A program made the translations under genes and the position numbers. Below the pieces are notes generated by a model. It made no database searches, was not told the origin of the DNA, and worked only from the letters and a program-made list of their open reading frames with translations. From the NCBI RefSeq assembly GCF_035084215.1, contig NC_090338.1:5642001-5706000 (forward strand): DNA of 64,000 nucleotides, written 5' to 3'. The DNA is from Heptranchias perlo. Its lineage: Eukaryota. This document shows positions 1 through 13,140 of the stretch, one piece after another (the stretch's first letter is position 1; each line of letters starts with the position of its first letter).

Positions 1-134
1 ATTTAAATCGATGAATCCAGAATGAATGCAACTGCCTAAATTCTGCCCCCGCTCTTTATGAAGACAAAATTGGCACAGTTTTGTTTAAAGACTAAAGGGA
101 AGGCAAAGGCAGTGTGAGATATCAGCATATGAAC

Positions 135-2390
135 ATCTCTCACCCTATCCCTCAATCCCGTCTCTCACCCTATCCCTCAATCCCGTCTCTCACCCTATCC
201 CTCAATCCCGTCTCTCACCCTATCCCTCAATCCCGTCTCTCACCCTATCCCTCAATCCCGTCTCTCACCCTATCCCTCAATCCCGTCTCTCACCCTATCC
301 CTCAATCCCGTCTCTCACCCTATCCCTCAATCCCGTCTCTCACCCTATCCCTCAATCCCATCTCACCCTATCCCTCAATCCCATCTCACCCTATCCCTCA
401 ATCCCATCTCACCCTATCCCTCAATCCCGTCTCTCACCCTATCCCTCAATCCCACCTCACCCTATCCCTCAATCCCGTCTCTCACCCTATCCCTCAATCC
501 CACCTCACCCTATCCCTCAATCCTGTCTCTCACCGTATCCCTCAATCCCGTCTCTCACCCTATCCCTCAATCCCGTCTCTCACCCTATCCCTCAATCCCG
601 TCTCTCACCCTATCCCTCAATCCCGTCTCTCACCCTATCCCTCAATCCCGTCTCTCACCCTATCCCTCAATCCCGTCTCTCACCCTATCCCTCAATCCCG
701 TCTCTCACCCTATCCCTCAATCCCGTCTCTCACCCTATCCCTCAATCCCGTCTCTCACCCTATCCCTCAATCCCATCTCACCCTATCCCTCAATCCCGTC
801 TCTCACCCTATCCCTCAATCCCGTCTCACCCTATCCCTCAATCCTGTCTCTCACCCTATCCCTCAATCCCGTCTCTCACCCTATCCCTCAATCCCGTCTC
901 TCACCCTATCCCTCAATCCCGTCTCTCACCCTATCCCTCAATCCCGTCTCTCACCCTATCCCTCAATCCCGTCTCTCACCGTATCCCTCAATCCCGTCTC
1001 TCACCCTATCCCTCAATCCCGTCTCTCACCCTATCCCTCAATCCCGTCTCTCACCCTATCCCTCAATCCCGTCTCTCACCCTATCCCTCAATCCCGTCTC
1101 TCACCCTATCCCTCAATCCTGTCTCTCACCCTATCCCTCAATCCCGTCTCTCACCCTATCCCTCAATCCCGTCTCTCACCCTATCCCTCAATCCCGTCTC
1201 TCACCCTATCCCTCAATCCCGTCTCTCACCCTATCCCTCAATCCCGTCTCTCACCCTATCCCTCAATCCCGTCTCTCACCGTATCCCTCAATCCCGTCTC
1301 TCACCCTATCCCTCAATCCCGTCTCTCACCCTATCCCTCAATCCCGTCTCTCACCCTATCCCTCAATTCCGTCTCTCACCCTATCCCTCAATCCCGTCTC
1401 TCACCGTATCCCTCAATCCCGTCTCTCACCCTATCCCTCAATCACGTCTCTCACCCTATCCCTCAATCCCGTCTCTCACCCTATCCCTCAATCCCGTCTC
1501 TCACCCTATCCCTCAATCCCGTCTCTCACCCTATCCCTCAATCCCGTCTCTCACCCTATCCCTCAATCCCGTCTCTCACCCTATCCCTCAATCCCGTCTC
1601 TCACCCTATCCCTCAATCCCGTCTCTCACCCTATCCCTCAATCCCGTCTCTCACCCTATCCCTCAATCCCGTCTCTCACCCTATCCCTCAATCCCGTCTC
1701 TCACCCTATCCCTCAATCCCGTCTCTCACCGTATCCCTCAATCCCGTCTCTCACCCTATCCCTCAATCCCGTCTCTCACCCTATCCCTCAATCCCGTCTC
1801 TCACCCTATCCCTCAATTCCGTCTCTCACCCTATCCCTCAATCCCGTCTCTCACCGTATCCCTCAATCCCGTCTCTCACCCTATCCCTCAATCCCGTCTC
1901 TCACCCTATCCCTCAATCCCGTCTCTCACCCTATCCCTCAATCCCGTCTCTCACCCTATCCCTCAATCCCGTCTCTCACCCTATCCCTCAATCCCGTCTC
2001 TCACCCTATCCCTCAATCCCGTCTCTCACCCTATCCCTCAATCCCGTCTCTCACCCTATCCCTCAATCCCGTCTCTCACCCTATCCCTCAATTCCGTCTC
2101 TCACCCTATCCCTCAATCCCGTCTCTCACCGTATCCCTCAATCCCGTCTCTCACCCTATCCCTCAATCCCGTCTCTCACCCTATCCCTCAATCCCGTCTC
2201 TCACCCTATCCCTCAATCCCGTCTCTCACCCTATCCCTCAATCCCGTCTCTCACCCTATCCCTCAATCCCGTCTCTCACCCTATCCCTCAATCCCGTCTC
2301 TCACCCTATCCCTCAATCCCGTCTCTCACCCTATCCCTCAATCCCGTCTCTCACCCTATCCCTCAATCCCGTCTCTCACCCTATCCCTCA
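135..2390. repeat. Minisatellite, 25-bp unit TCTCTCACCCTATCCCTCAATCCCG (~90 copies, a few 23-bp variants)
   Basis: Directly visible tandem array; the overlapping ORF repeats every 25 aa (3 x 25 nt). Confidence 0.98.
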
Positions 2391-3194
2391 CCTGAAACAG
2401 ACTAGTTTCCTCTCAAACTCATTTGGACCGTCTGTCTCCGAGACCTGCTGGTACCTTAACCACAACTCAATCCCCTTTCAGATCAAGTCAATTGCTTTAA
2501 CTAATGTCAAAAGTAATTACTTTCTAAAGTTATTTTTCTCCGCACTCTAATAGACCGAGTACATTTATTACAGCTGTGTAGAAATTTATGAATTTAAAAA
2601 GATTTTTTAATCTGTGAATTCCAGGGAGGTTTCTTCTCCCCTTAAACTAACCTGTTCCTCAAATCATTTGTTAGTAGTTAATTTATCTGGATAACTATGG
2701 TCCAATGCGACCTCTAGTGTCCCAGTGTTTATAAGATCGTGGAGGCGAAATTGAGCGCCCGTTTTGTAGGCCATCTCGGTAAAGGCGTTTGCGGGCACGC
2801 ACCTAGCGAGCGGCGGCAGCATGCAGGGCAGGGAGACTATGACGTGAATCGGTGTGCGAGGTGGATTTGAAGCAGCCAGTGAAATTTTGGAACTCCCCGC
2901 TCCAGCCAGCGCCCTGTCTTAACCTCGCACGGCTGAACAGGACTTAAAGGGGCAGGACGGGACCTCCCCCACTCCCCCGTACCCCACCTCCAGCGCTATT
3001 TAAAGGGAGCGTGCAGGAGTTCCAGGTTAGTTGCTGGATTAGTCATTCTGGCTGCTGGTACAATTGTGGGTGTTTGTGGAAGTTCCCATACATTTGGAGA
3101 AAGTTGCAATATTTTATAGAGAGGGGCCTGGCTGGTCCGTGTTGTGCTGTTAGCGCCTTTTAAAATATTGGGCTGAACAAAGTTGCTTCCAGGC

Positions 3195-4337
3195 ATGGGT
3201 GGCCCGCTTAGGGCTTCCTCCGAGAATTGAACATGACTGGGAGCGTGCAGAGAGGCCACACAGAGCAGGGCAAGCTGCTCGAAGAGGGAGGAGGAGGAGG
3301 AGGAGGCGCAGGGCACTCAGCAGGAGGCCATAATCCAAGGAGGGTCTTCAGGGACCAATTCTCTTACCTCAACTTCAGCGACAACCAGTGCATCAGACGT
3401 CTGCGGTTCACTAAAGAGGTCGTGACTGAGATTTGTCAACTGCTGCAGCCACAACTGCACCCTGAGAGCAGGGCAAGGACAGCATTGCCTGTGGCTCTCG
3501 AGGTGACCCTGGCATTTAGTCTTTATGGCTCTGGTTCCTTTCAGGCTGTTGCTGGAGAAGTACATCTCGCAGTTTGCAGTTCACTGCTGTATGAGGGAGG
3601 TCACTGAGACTCTGTACAGACTCAGGTTCATCTCGTTCCCTATTTGACAGAGACAAGCAGCGGGAGCGAGCACGAGGATTTGCTCAGGTTGCAGGCTTCC
3701 CCATGGTGCAGGGTGCCATTGACTGCACGCACATTGCCCTGTGCACTCCACATCTGGACTCGGCCATAATCGTGAACAGAAAGTGGTTCCACTCCCTCGA
3801 CGTGCAGCTGGTATGCGACCACGCGCAGCGCATCACGCAGGTCGATGCCCGTTACCCCGGGAACAGACATGACTCCTTAATTCTGCGGCAGTCCAACGTC
3901 CCACCCACGTTTCAACCGGCTCAGCAAGTCAAAGGCTGGCTACCAGATGGCAAGGGTTTTATCCCTTCCTGAAACGGCTCATGACTCCGGTCAGGAACGG
4001 AGGCACACATGCAGAGCAGGCCTGCGGTGAGAGCCATGCTGCCACATGGGACATCATCGAGCACACCGTAGGGGTACTCAAGCAACGCTTCCGCTGCCTG
4101 GACCGTTCTGGAGGAGCCCTGCGGTCGTCAGCTGAGCGGGTGCCAAGGTTTGTGGTCGAATGCTGCATGCTGCACGAGCTCGCCAGTCCGAGGGGACAGC
4201 ACTTGCCACCGCCTATCTGACGAGAGCCTGAGCCAGAGGCGGAGGAAGTGGAGGAAGAGGCAGGGAGGCAACAAGGTAGACAGGCCCTGACTGCCAGGGC
4301 TCTGCATGATCAGATTATTAATGAGCGATACCAGTAA
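3195..4337 (+). pseudogene. Harbinger (HARBI1-like) DDE transposase, frameshifted
   Basis: ORF pieces RRLRFTKE, GSGSFQ, VQGAIDCTHI, NRKWFHSLDVQLVCD, ARYPGNRHDS and IIEHTVGVLKQRFRCL match Harbinger transposase motifs across several frames. Confidence 0.9.
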
Positions 4338-4532
4338 CCTCAACGACACCTCCCCACATTCACTAACTGTCCCTCACTCCTTACCTTCCCACTCCCACAT
4401 GTCCATCAAATCGTCCTCCTTATGATTATTGCTTCCTCCCTCAGCTCATCGCAGAAATGAAAACCAACGCCAAATGCAAATTCATAACCACATTTATAGA
4501 TTTAGACATGAAATGATTAAAACAAAATGAGA

Positions 4533-5339
4533 CTATTCCCCCTTGTGCATTCCCTCAGTGCCTGTCGCTCGTGTGCCTCTACCTATCCTAGTGCTCCCTC
4601 GAGGTGCATCCCCAGTGGCTGGAGCATGGGTGGTGGGAGGCTGCTGACCTTCAATGGAGGAGCGTGCAGATGGCCTTGGAGGACGACCTCGAGCAGCTCT
4701 GGGCCGGGAGGGCCCGGCTTCAGACTGTACCATCTCGGCCTGGGCTGCAGCAGTCTGGCCTGGCTGGCTGACAGGCAACAGCAAGGGCACTGGCGGAGTG
4801 GCAGGGGTGGGAGCAGGAAGGCTGTCATCCCGAGAGGGTCGTCTTTCATGGCGCCACTGGCACTCTCCCAGGGCGATCTGCTGGAGAACGGATTGCTGGA
4901 GTGCCGTGACGCCATGGAAGCCCCTCTCAACAGTGGTCCCCAGAGCCACACGAGCAGCAGTCTGAGCTTCCAATGCAGCATTTGAAGAGTTGCGTACTGA
5001 TGGAAAGAGTCAGTTGGTAGGTGGGTGATGGGGGGGTGTAGTGCGTGGAGCAGTGGATGCGGCTAGTGGTGTAGTTGGTAGGAGACGCCACGTGACTGTT
5101 GAACTGACTCACCCTGACCACTTGCGTCAAGTCATTGAACGTCTTCCCACACTATATCCACAAGGCCTGGCATTGACCTCGTCCGCTATTTCCTCCCACT
5201 GCCTCTTGAGCATACGTCTAGAGGGCCTCCTGCCCCAGCGCGGATACAGGATGCCCCTCCTTCTGTCCATCTCTTCCACCAAGACCTCTAATGCACTGTC
5301 CGAGAACCTTGGTGCACGCTCTCTCGCAGGCCGAGCCAT
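4533..5339 (-). pseudogene. Harbinger Myb/SANT-like DNA-binding partner gene (probably spliced, decayed)
   Basis: MARPARERAPRFSDSALEVLVEEM...QWEEIADEVNA is the Myb/SANT-like N-terminus; GGTGAG donor-like site near 5108-5113 on -; low-complexity C-terminal ORF 4533-4973. Confidence 0.8.
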
Positions 5340-5754
5340 TCTTCAGTATTGTCCAGCACAGGTTTACTTCACAATGGAGTTCGTTCTCACCTTGAAGAGG
5401 TGCAGGCTGCCTTTAAGTAGTGCTCACCACTCCCACTATCGGGGGCCCCCTGCTGACGTGTGCAGCCAATCAACAGCACAGGTAGCACTGGCTGCACGCA
5501 GCAATCATTGAAAACCATCAGGCAGCACGAATGTTACGCGCTGCCTGCATCGCAACGAATGGGCGCGGGTTAACCGTGGACCGCGATCCCAGTGTCCGTT
5601 TTCAGGGGTTATCCAGTATAAACCCCCATGTGTCATGTAGAAGCAGTTTATAGTCCTTTTCAATGTGATCAATCCAGGTGTCCAAAAATAGCAATATTGT
5701 TCTTTAGTTCTACATAGTTTCAGGTCGAACAAAGTCTAAATAAAAAAGGTTGTG

Positions 5755-6190
5755 ATTCAGTGGGGAGCCCTCTCACCTCTGAGTCAGAAGGTCACGGGTT
5801 CAAGTCCCTCTCCAGAGTCTTGAGCATAAAATCCAGGCTGACACTCCCAGTGCAGTGCTGAGGGAGCGCTGCACTGTTGGAGGTGCCGACCTTCGGATGA
5901 GATGTTAAACCGAGGCCCCGTCTGCCCTCTCAGGTGGACATGCAAGATCCCAAGGCCGCTATTTCAAAGAAGTACAGGTGAGTTCTCTGCAGAGTCCTGG
6001 TCAATATTTATCCCTCAACCATCATCACTAAAACAGGTCATTATCGCATTGCTGTTTGTGGGATCTTGCTGTGCGCAAATTAGCTGCTGCGTTTCCCTAC
6101 ATTACAACAGTGACTACACTTCAAAAGTATTTCATTGGCTTTAAAACACTTTAAGACATCCTGAGGTTATATAAGTTCTTTCTTTCTCAA
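5755..6190 (+). mobile_element. tRNA-derived Deu-domain SINE (SacSINE1-like)
   Basis: B box GGTTCAAGTCC, Deu-type core GATGAGATGTTAAACCGAGGCCCCGTCTGCCCTCTCAGGTGGAC and L2-like tail; homologous copies at 18.7, 45.7 and 50.1 kb. Confidence 0.8.
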
Positions 6191-6699
6191 AATGGAAGAC
6201 AGGAGACATCAAGGTGAAGAAAAGGGACAATTCCTGTTGATCAAGAATAAGTTCGGTTTCAGGTGCTTTGATAGGGGACAGAGTGTTTAAAATGTTAATG
6301 GGTGAAGATATAATTCTAATTGCTTTCAGCTGTTTGAACAAACAGGTTATTCTGCTGGGGAGACCAGCAGTTACAAGCCGTTAACCCATTGACTACCGAG
6401 ATGGGAAGTCTCGTAATATTTTAGTTGCCTGCGTGCTTCAAGGAACTTGCTTGAAAAAACATCGTTATAACTAAGGACCTTCTCCTGGTCTCCCACTAGC
6501 CCTCCACCTTATAACTAAGCACCTTCTGCTCTCCCATCTTTTAAACTTGCTTTTCACCCAGCGATCTTGACTAACTCTAAGTAATATTGAGGCTTCACTT
6601 TATCTAAACCATTTACTAAGTTATAAAAATCAGTGATTTGGCTCCTTAATCACGCTGTAGGGTGGATATTGAGGCTGTAGATGGGTAATGGCGCAGGGT

Positions 6700-8075
6700 C
6701 ACTGGGATGCTGCCTGGTATGAGGAAATACAAGTTCAAAGAAAGAGTTGAAAAATTAGGTCATCCTTTTGTTAGAAAAATCGCAGATCATGGGGTGATGT
6801 AATGGCAGTGTTCAAAATGATAAATATTAGGATAGGGTCGGTAGAATCAGATTGTTTCCAATAGTTGAGGGGTTAAGAATGAGTGGCCGTGTGGTTGATA
6901 GTGAGGGAGGAAAGCTGTAGACTGCAGGAAGATATCAATGGGCTGGTCAGGTGGGCAGAAAAGTGGCAAATGGAATTCAATCCAGAGAAGTGTGAGGTAA
7001 TGCATTTGGGGAGGGCAAACAAGGCAAGAGAATACACAATAAATGGGAGGATACTGGAAGTTGTAGAGGAACAGAGGGACCTTGGAGTGCATGTGCACAG
7101 ATCCCTGAAGGTAGCAGGATGGGTAGATAAGGTGGTTAAAAAGGCATACAGGATACTTTCCTTTATTAGCCGAGGCATAGAATATAAGAGCAGGGAGGTT
7201 ATGCTAGAACTGTATAAAACACTGGCTAGGCCACAACCTGTACTGCGAACAGTTCTGGTCACCACATTACAGGAAAGATGTGATTGCACTCGAGAGGGTG
7301 CAGAGGAGATTTACGAGGATGTTGCCAGGGCTGGAGAATTTTAGCTATGAGAAAAGATTGGATAGGCTGAGGTTGTTTCCTTTGGAACAAAGGAGGCTGA
7401 GGGGAGATTTAATTGAGGTGTATAAAATTATGGCAGGACTAGATAGAGTGGACAGGAAGGACCTATTTCCCTTAGCAGAGGGGTCAGTGATCAGGGGGCA
7501 TAGATTTAAAGTGATTAGTAGAAAGATTAGAGGGGAGCTGAGGAGAAATGTTTTCACCCAGAGGGTGGTGGGGGTCTGGAACTCACTGCCTGAAAGGGTG
7601 ATAGAGGCAGAAACCCTCAACTCATTTAAAAAGTACTTGGATGTGCACTTGAAGTGCCGTAACCTACAGGGCTACGGACCAAGTGCTGGAAAGTGGGATT
7701 ACGCTGGATAGCTCTTTTTCGGCCGGCACGGACACGATTGGCCGATGGCCTCTTTCTGTGCCGTAACTCTCTATGATTCTATGATTCTTAGCCAGAGATC
7801 CAAGATTAAATGTAAGAGATTTAGAACGGGAGAAACTTCTTCACACAGAGAGTTGTGAGACTGTGGGATTCACTTCCAGGGTTAGTGGTTGAGGCAGAAA
7901 CTGTGTCAGCATTCAAGATTAGATTGGAGAGGTGGATGAAGGGAAAGGGGTTTGAGGGGATGTGGTAACAGGGAGAGTAAACGTGATTGGGACGATTTGT
8001 TCATGTGGACGGTAATCACCAACGTGGACCGGTTGGGCCGAATGGCCTGTTTCCGTGTTGTAACTTCTATGTATT
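6700..8075 (+). mobile_element. CR1 LINE 3' fragments: younger copy ~6885-7790 nested in an older one
   Basis: ORF2 C-terminal motifs (WQMEFNPEKCEVMHLG, RRLRGDLIEVYKI, WNSLP) and ATTCTATG-type tail at ~7772-7790. Confidence 0.9.
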
Positions 8076-8199
8076 AACCTCTCTGACTATAGAGCATGAT
8101 CTACTCCAATCTTTCCTCATGGCTCATTCCCCTTTATAATGCCGATTCTTCTTGTTGCTTTACACCCTTCTACAGGACTTCACATTGTCAATTTATAAA

Positions 8200-9235
8200 G
8201 TCATAGAATCACACAGCACAGAAAGAGGCCATTCGGCCCATCGTGCCTGTGCCGGCTCTTTGAAAGAGCTATCCAATTAGTCCCACTCCCCTGATCTTTC
8301 CCCATATCCCTGCAAATTTTTCCTTTTCAAGTATTTATCCAATTCCCTTTTGAAAGTTACTATTGAATCTGCTTCCACCGCCCTTTCAGTCAGCGCATTC
8401 CAGATCATAACAACTCGCTGCGTGAAAACATTTCTCCTCATCTCCCCCTCTGGTTCTTTCGCCAATTATCTTTAATCTATGTCCTCTGGTTACCGACCCT
8501 TCTGCCAGTGGAAAGAGTTTCTCCTTATTTATTCTATCAAAACCTCTCGTAACTTTGAACACCTCTATTAAATCTCCCCTTAACCTTCTCTGCTCTAAGG
8601 AGAACAATCCCAGCTTCTCCAGTCTCTCCACATAACTGAAATCCCTCATTCCTGGTACCATTCTAGTAAATCTCCTCTGCACTCTCTCTAAGGCCTTGAC
8701 ATCCTTCCTAAAGTGTGGTGCCCAGAATTGGAGGCAATACTCCAGCTGAGGCCTAACCAGTGTTTTGTAAAGGTTTAGCATAACTTCCTTGCTTTTGTAC
8801 TCTATGCCTCTATTAATAAACATAATGTGGAGATGCCGGTGATGGACTGGGGTGGACAAATGTAAGGAATCTTACAACACCAGTCCAACAATTATATTTT
8901 AAAATCACAAGCTTTCGGAGATTATCTCCTTTGTCACTCATTCACTTGACGAAGGAGATAATCTCCGAAAGCTTGTGATTTTAAAATAAAATTGTTGGAC
9001 TATAACCTGGTGTTGTAAGATTCCTTCTATTAATAAAGCCCAGGATCCCATCAGCTTTTTTTAACAGCTTTATCAACTTGTCCTGCCACCTTCAAAGATT
9101 TGTGTACATACACCCCCAGGTCCCTCTGTTCCTGCACTCCCTTTAAAATTGTACCATTTAGTTTATATTGCCTCTCCTCATTCTTCCTTCCAAAATGAAT
9201 CACTTCACACTTTTCTGCATTAAATTTCATCTGTC
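8200..9235 (-). mobile_element. CR1 LINE 3' fragment
   Basis: ORF 8386-8859 contains FINRGIEYKSKEVML...LEYCLQFWAPHFRKD; CR1 tail near 8200. Confidence 0.92.
8821..9025. mobile_element. Penelope-like fold-back (inverted pLTR) insert with mutated hammerhead motif
   Basis: Imperfect palindrome plus unique tail; 12-bp TSD TCTATTAATAAA (8809-8820 and 9026-9037); TTGACGA...GAAAGCTTGTGA core at 8946-8978. Confidence 0.8.
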
Positions 9236-9306
9236 AGGTATCTTGTTCCTTTGGGAACCAACAAAGCTTTGCGGAGATTTATTATACATAAAGCTTCATG
9301 CTGACA

Positions 9307-9660
9307 CAACAACAACAACAACAACTGCTACTACTCGCATTTATATAGCGCCTTTAACATCCTAAAACGTCCCAAGGTGTTTCACAGGAGCGATTATCAG
9401 ACAAAGATTTGACACCGAGCCACATAAAGGGGATATTAGAACGGGTGACCAAAAGCTTAGTCAAGGAGATAGGTTTTAAGGAGCGTCTTAAAGGAGGAGA
9501 GAGAGGCGGAGAGGTTTAGGGAGGGAATTCCAGGGCTTAGGGCCCAGGCAGCTGTAGGCACGGCCGCCAATGGTGGAACGATGGTAAACGGGGAAGTGCA
9601 AGAGGCCAGAATTGGAGGAGCGCAGAGATCGCGGAGGGTTGGAAGGCTGTAAGAGGTTAT
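9307..9660 (-). mobile_element. L2 LINE 3' end
   Basis: IGGRAYSCLGPKPWNSLP motif and (CAA)n tail; homologous to 11335-12050. Confidence 0.85.
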
Positions 9661-10479
9661 TTTTATCAATAGAGCCGTTTTTCTCAATAGAAATTTTTGC
9701 AGGTGTCTTTGTGCCGATGCAAATAAATTTGTTAAGTAGCCAGCAGAATAAATGGACAATCTCAGGGTGATATTTAGGTGCCTCCCACTTGGGAGAAAAT
9801 CCAATGACGCATGATATGTGGATCTGTGTACACAATTCCCCTGCACAAGTCTAGAGGATACTGTGGTGTGCAGAATAGTTTTGCTTCTCTCTTACACAAC
9901 ACAGAAGTGAAACTAGCCTGGGGGCCCTTGTTTGGCACTGCTAGATTAAAGGGAATTTCACAAAAAAAACGGTAAAACATTGTTAACACTTGGATCGCCA
10001 ACAGGTCCAGAGAATCCCCTGCACCCTGGGCTGACTGCTTTTCAGTTCACAAACTACAACCCTGAAATAAACACTAATATTACAGTAATAAATTTACACC
10101 AATATGATAAATAGGTTTACTATCGGAAACAGTAAACTATTTAAATAAACACTAAAACATAATTTGAATTGAAAACAAAAAAACTCTCTGTCCTTTCCTA
10201 TTTTTTCTCTGTCCTATTTCATTTTTCAACTTTAGTTTTTTTTTGATTTTGTGCGAGTGATAGCATATCGCACAGAGTCAAAATTCCCCCCGCTGAACCC
10301 ACCCTATACTTTTGTTAATCTTTAACCCGGTAGCAAATTCAGAGAGTAATTTCGGTTTCCCCGGGCTGACTGGTTTTATTTTCCTTCGAGCACTGCAAGC
10401 ACTTAAGCACTAAATCATCGTAATAAAAATGGCCAAAGATCAGGAGTATTTTAGTCACAGGGATATTAGCCCATGAACT

Positions 10480-11040
10480 GACAAAGCCCTGGTTAGACCA
10501 CACCTGGAGCACTGTGCAGCGTTCTGGGCACTGCACCTTAGAAAGGATATACCGGCCTTGGAAGGAGAGCAGTGCAGATTCCCCAGAATGTTAGCAGGAT
10601 TAGATTATGAGGAGAGATTATATAAATCAGGCTTGTATTCCCCGGAATATAAAAGGTTAAGGGCTGATTTGATTAAGATTTTTAGAACTTTAAAAGCAAT
10701 TGATAAGGTAAATAGAGAGAAACTTTTTCCGCTGGTGGGGGAGTCTAGGACAAGGGGACATAACCTTAAAATCAGAGCCAGGCCATTCAAGAGAGAAGTT
10801 AGGAAACACTTCTTCACACAAAGGGTGGTAGAAGTGTGGAACTCACTCCCACTAAAAGCAGTAGATGCTCAATTAATAATTTTAAATCTGAGATCGATAG
10901 ATTTTTGCCAGACAAGGGTATTAAAGGATATGGAGCTAAGGCAGGTAGATGGAGTTAAGATACAGATCAGCCATGATCTCATTGAATGGCAGAACAGGCT
11001 CGGGGAGCTGAATGGCCTCCTCCTGTTCCTGTGTTTTTAT
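10480..11040 (+). mobile_element. CR1 LINE 3' fragment
   Basis: RLRADLIKIF...FFTQRVVEVWNSLP motif and CR1 3' UTR. Confidence 0.9.
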
Positions 11041-11334
11041 GAATTAACTAATTATTCAATTAAAACACAGGTTGACACAATAAATAATATGTTTTAAACA
11101 CTTTACCCACTCTTGCCAAAGTTTTCCTTCTACCTGATTGTGGTTCCTTTCTATCAAATATTCTCAGGTCGATAAATTCCTCAGCTGGTGAGTCCAGTGG
11201 ATCTATTGGGATCTCACACACTCCGACATCTACCCATCATTTGGGGGTCGGAGGAGGGACGGGGAAAGGGGGAGGATTGCCCTGGCCAACCCCTGTGTAA
11301 GGGGGCAGATGAAGAATTTTTTTTCGTTTAAAGT

Positions 11335-12050
11335 TATTTGACCCTGAGCTGAGGTTCCGACCCCACAATCCTCTCCGTCACCAACACCGCCTGGTCCCAC
11401 CTCTGTAACATCGCCCGTCTCTGCCCCCACCTCAGCTCATCTGCTGCTGAAACCCTCATCGTGCCTTTGTTACCTCCAGACTCGACTATTCCAATGCTCT
11501 CCTGGCCGGCCTCTCATCTTCCACCCTCTGTAAACTTGAGCTCATCCAAAACTCTGCCGCCTCGTATCCTAACTCGCACCGAGTCCCGTTCCCTGTGCTC
11601 GCTGACCTACATCGGCTCCCGGTCCGGGAACGCCTCGATTTTAAAATTCTCATCCTCGTGTTCAAATCCCTCCATGGCCCTCGCCCCCCTCCCTATCTCT
11701 GTAACCTCCCCCAGCCCTACGACCCTCCAAGATCTCTGCACTCCTCCAATTCTGGCCTCTCGCGCATCCCCGATTTCCTTCGCTCCACCATTGGCGGCCG
11801 TGCCTTCAGCTGCCTGGGCCCTAAGCTCTGGAATTCCCTCCCTAAACCGCTCCGCCTCTCTCTCCTCCTTTAAGATGCTCCTTAAAACCTACCTCTTTGA
11901 CCAAACGTTTGGTCACCTGTCCTAATATCTCCTTATGTGGCTCGGTGTCGAGTTTTAGTCCGTTTACGCTCCTGTGAAGCATCTTGGGCTTTTAACTATG
12001 TTAAAGGTGCTATAGAAGTGCAGGTTGTTGTTGTCGTCATCGTCGTCGTT
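11335..12050 (+). mobile_element. L2 LINE 3' fragment
   Basis: [27 protein letters not shown]...GGRAFSCLGPKLWNSLP and (GTT)n-like tail. Confidence 0.9.
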
Positions 12051-13140
12051 GTCTTTGTTTTGGGGAGGGGGGCGTGGGGTCCACACCACTACCCTGGAAG
12101 ATATATTTATCCATGCAGAGGCCTGAACGTATCGCCAGGTTCGGGACTGGGCCAGGCGAGAGGGAACAGCCATCCCAAGGAGACCCCATCCCTGCCTTCG
12201 CTCTGCCCCCGCTCCCTCCCCCACTCCCCCCACTCCCCTGTCCACCCTTCAGTACCTATTGCCCTGTAAGAGTTGGGTGGGAGTCCTGCTCCTTTACAAG
12301 GCATGTCGGAAACCCCCAGAAAACAGCGAGGCTCTGTCTGTTTTTACCCTTTGTTCCCAGTTTCTCTAACTCAAGATCTTTGGCATCAGTTTTTTACGGG
12401 AGGAGGTGGGCAGGAAGGGAAGGAAAGGGCGGGAGCCTGGTAGCAAGGCCCGGGACCCAGATGCCCCGCCGCTCTTAATGGAAGGGCCTCATAAATAAAT
12501 CTAGGCAGAGCCCAGCACTGACAACAGGTCAGATTGACCGCCTGGCCAGCAGGACGAGATCGTGCATCTAGCGGCAGGAGACTGCAGCCGGGGATATGTT
12601 TACCAATCTTTCCAGGGCTCCCCCTATCCCCTCCCCCTGTCTCCTCTCCCTCATGTTTTATATCACTGCACGTCCCTTCCGCTCTAGGCTTCTCGCTACT
12701 CGCCCCTCCCTCCCTTCGCTCCTCCTCCTCCTCCATCACTCTCTCCACTCCTCCAACACCAGGATCTCCTCGCCCCTCGTTCATTACCAGTGGCCTATAA
12801 CCGAGTCGCTTTGCTGATGTCCTCCATCACTCCCCTCCATCTCACCGCCTCTTTCCCTGCTTTCAACAAACTCTTTTCCGACCACGACTTCCATTCCCCA
12901 TCCTTACCCACTCCATTCCCCTCCCCTTTCCCCATATTCCGTATCCCCTTCCTCCCGACTGTCCGAGATATTTTCCTGCATGAGCAGTATATCGATGCAA
13001 ATTGTTGCTGCAATCTCCAAATCCTCCTGCCCGCTTCTCCTCCTCCCTGTATCCTCACTGTGCTGAAAACCAAGAGTCATTGCATCGTCTCCGACTCAAG
13101 CCCATTCTTTCCAGGATTCAAAACTATGGATTTCCTCCCC

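Larger units (their letters stand above)
2740..5625 (+). mobile_element. PIF/Harbinger DNA transposon, decayed, two convergent genes
   Basis: Harbinger DDE transposase on + and Myb/SANT-like gene on -, tail to tail, which is the canonical layout. Ends are approximate because no clean TIR pair was found. Confidence 0.85.

Noticed and set aside
114-2405. 763-aa ORF
   Set aside because: Artefact of a stop-free 25-bp repeat that cycles through all three frames.
3195-4337. Domesticated HARBI1 gene
   Set aside because: Frameshifted and paired with its Myb-like partner, so it is a transposon copy rather than the host gene.
8942-8978. Active hammerhead in the 8.8-kb insert
   Set aside because: The core reads UUGACGA instead of CUGANGA and the opposite arm is broken, so it is likely inactive.
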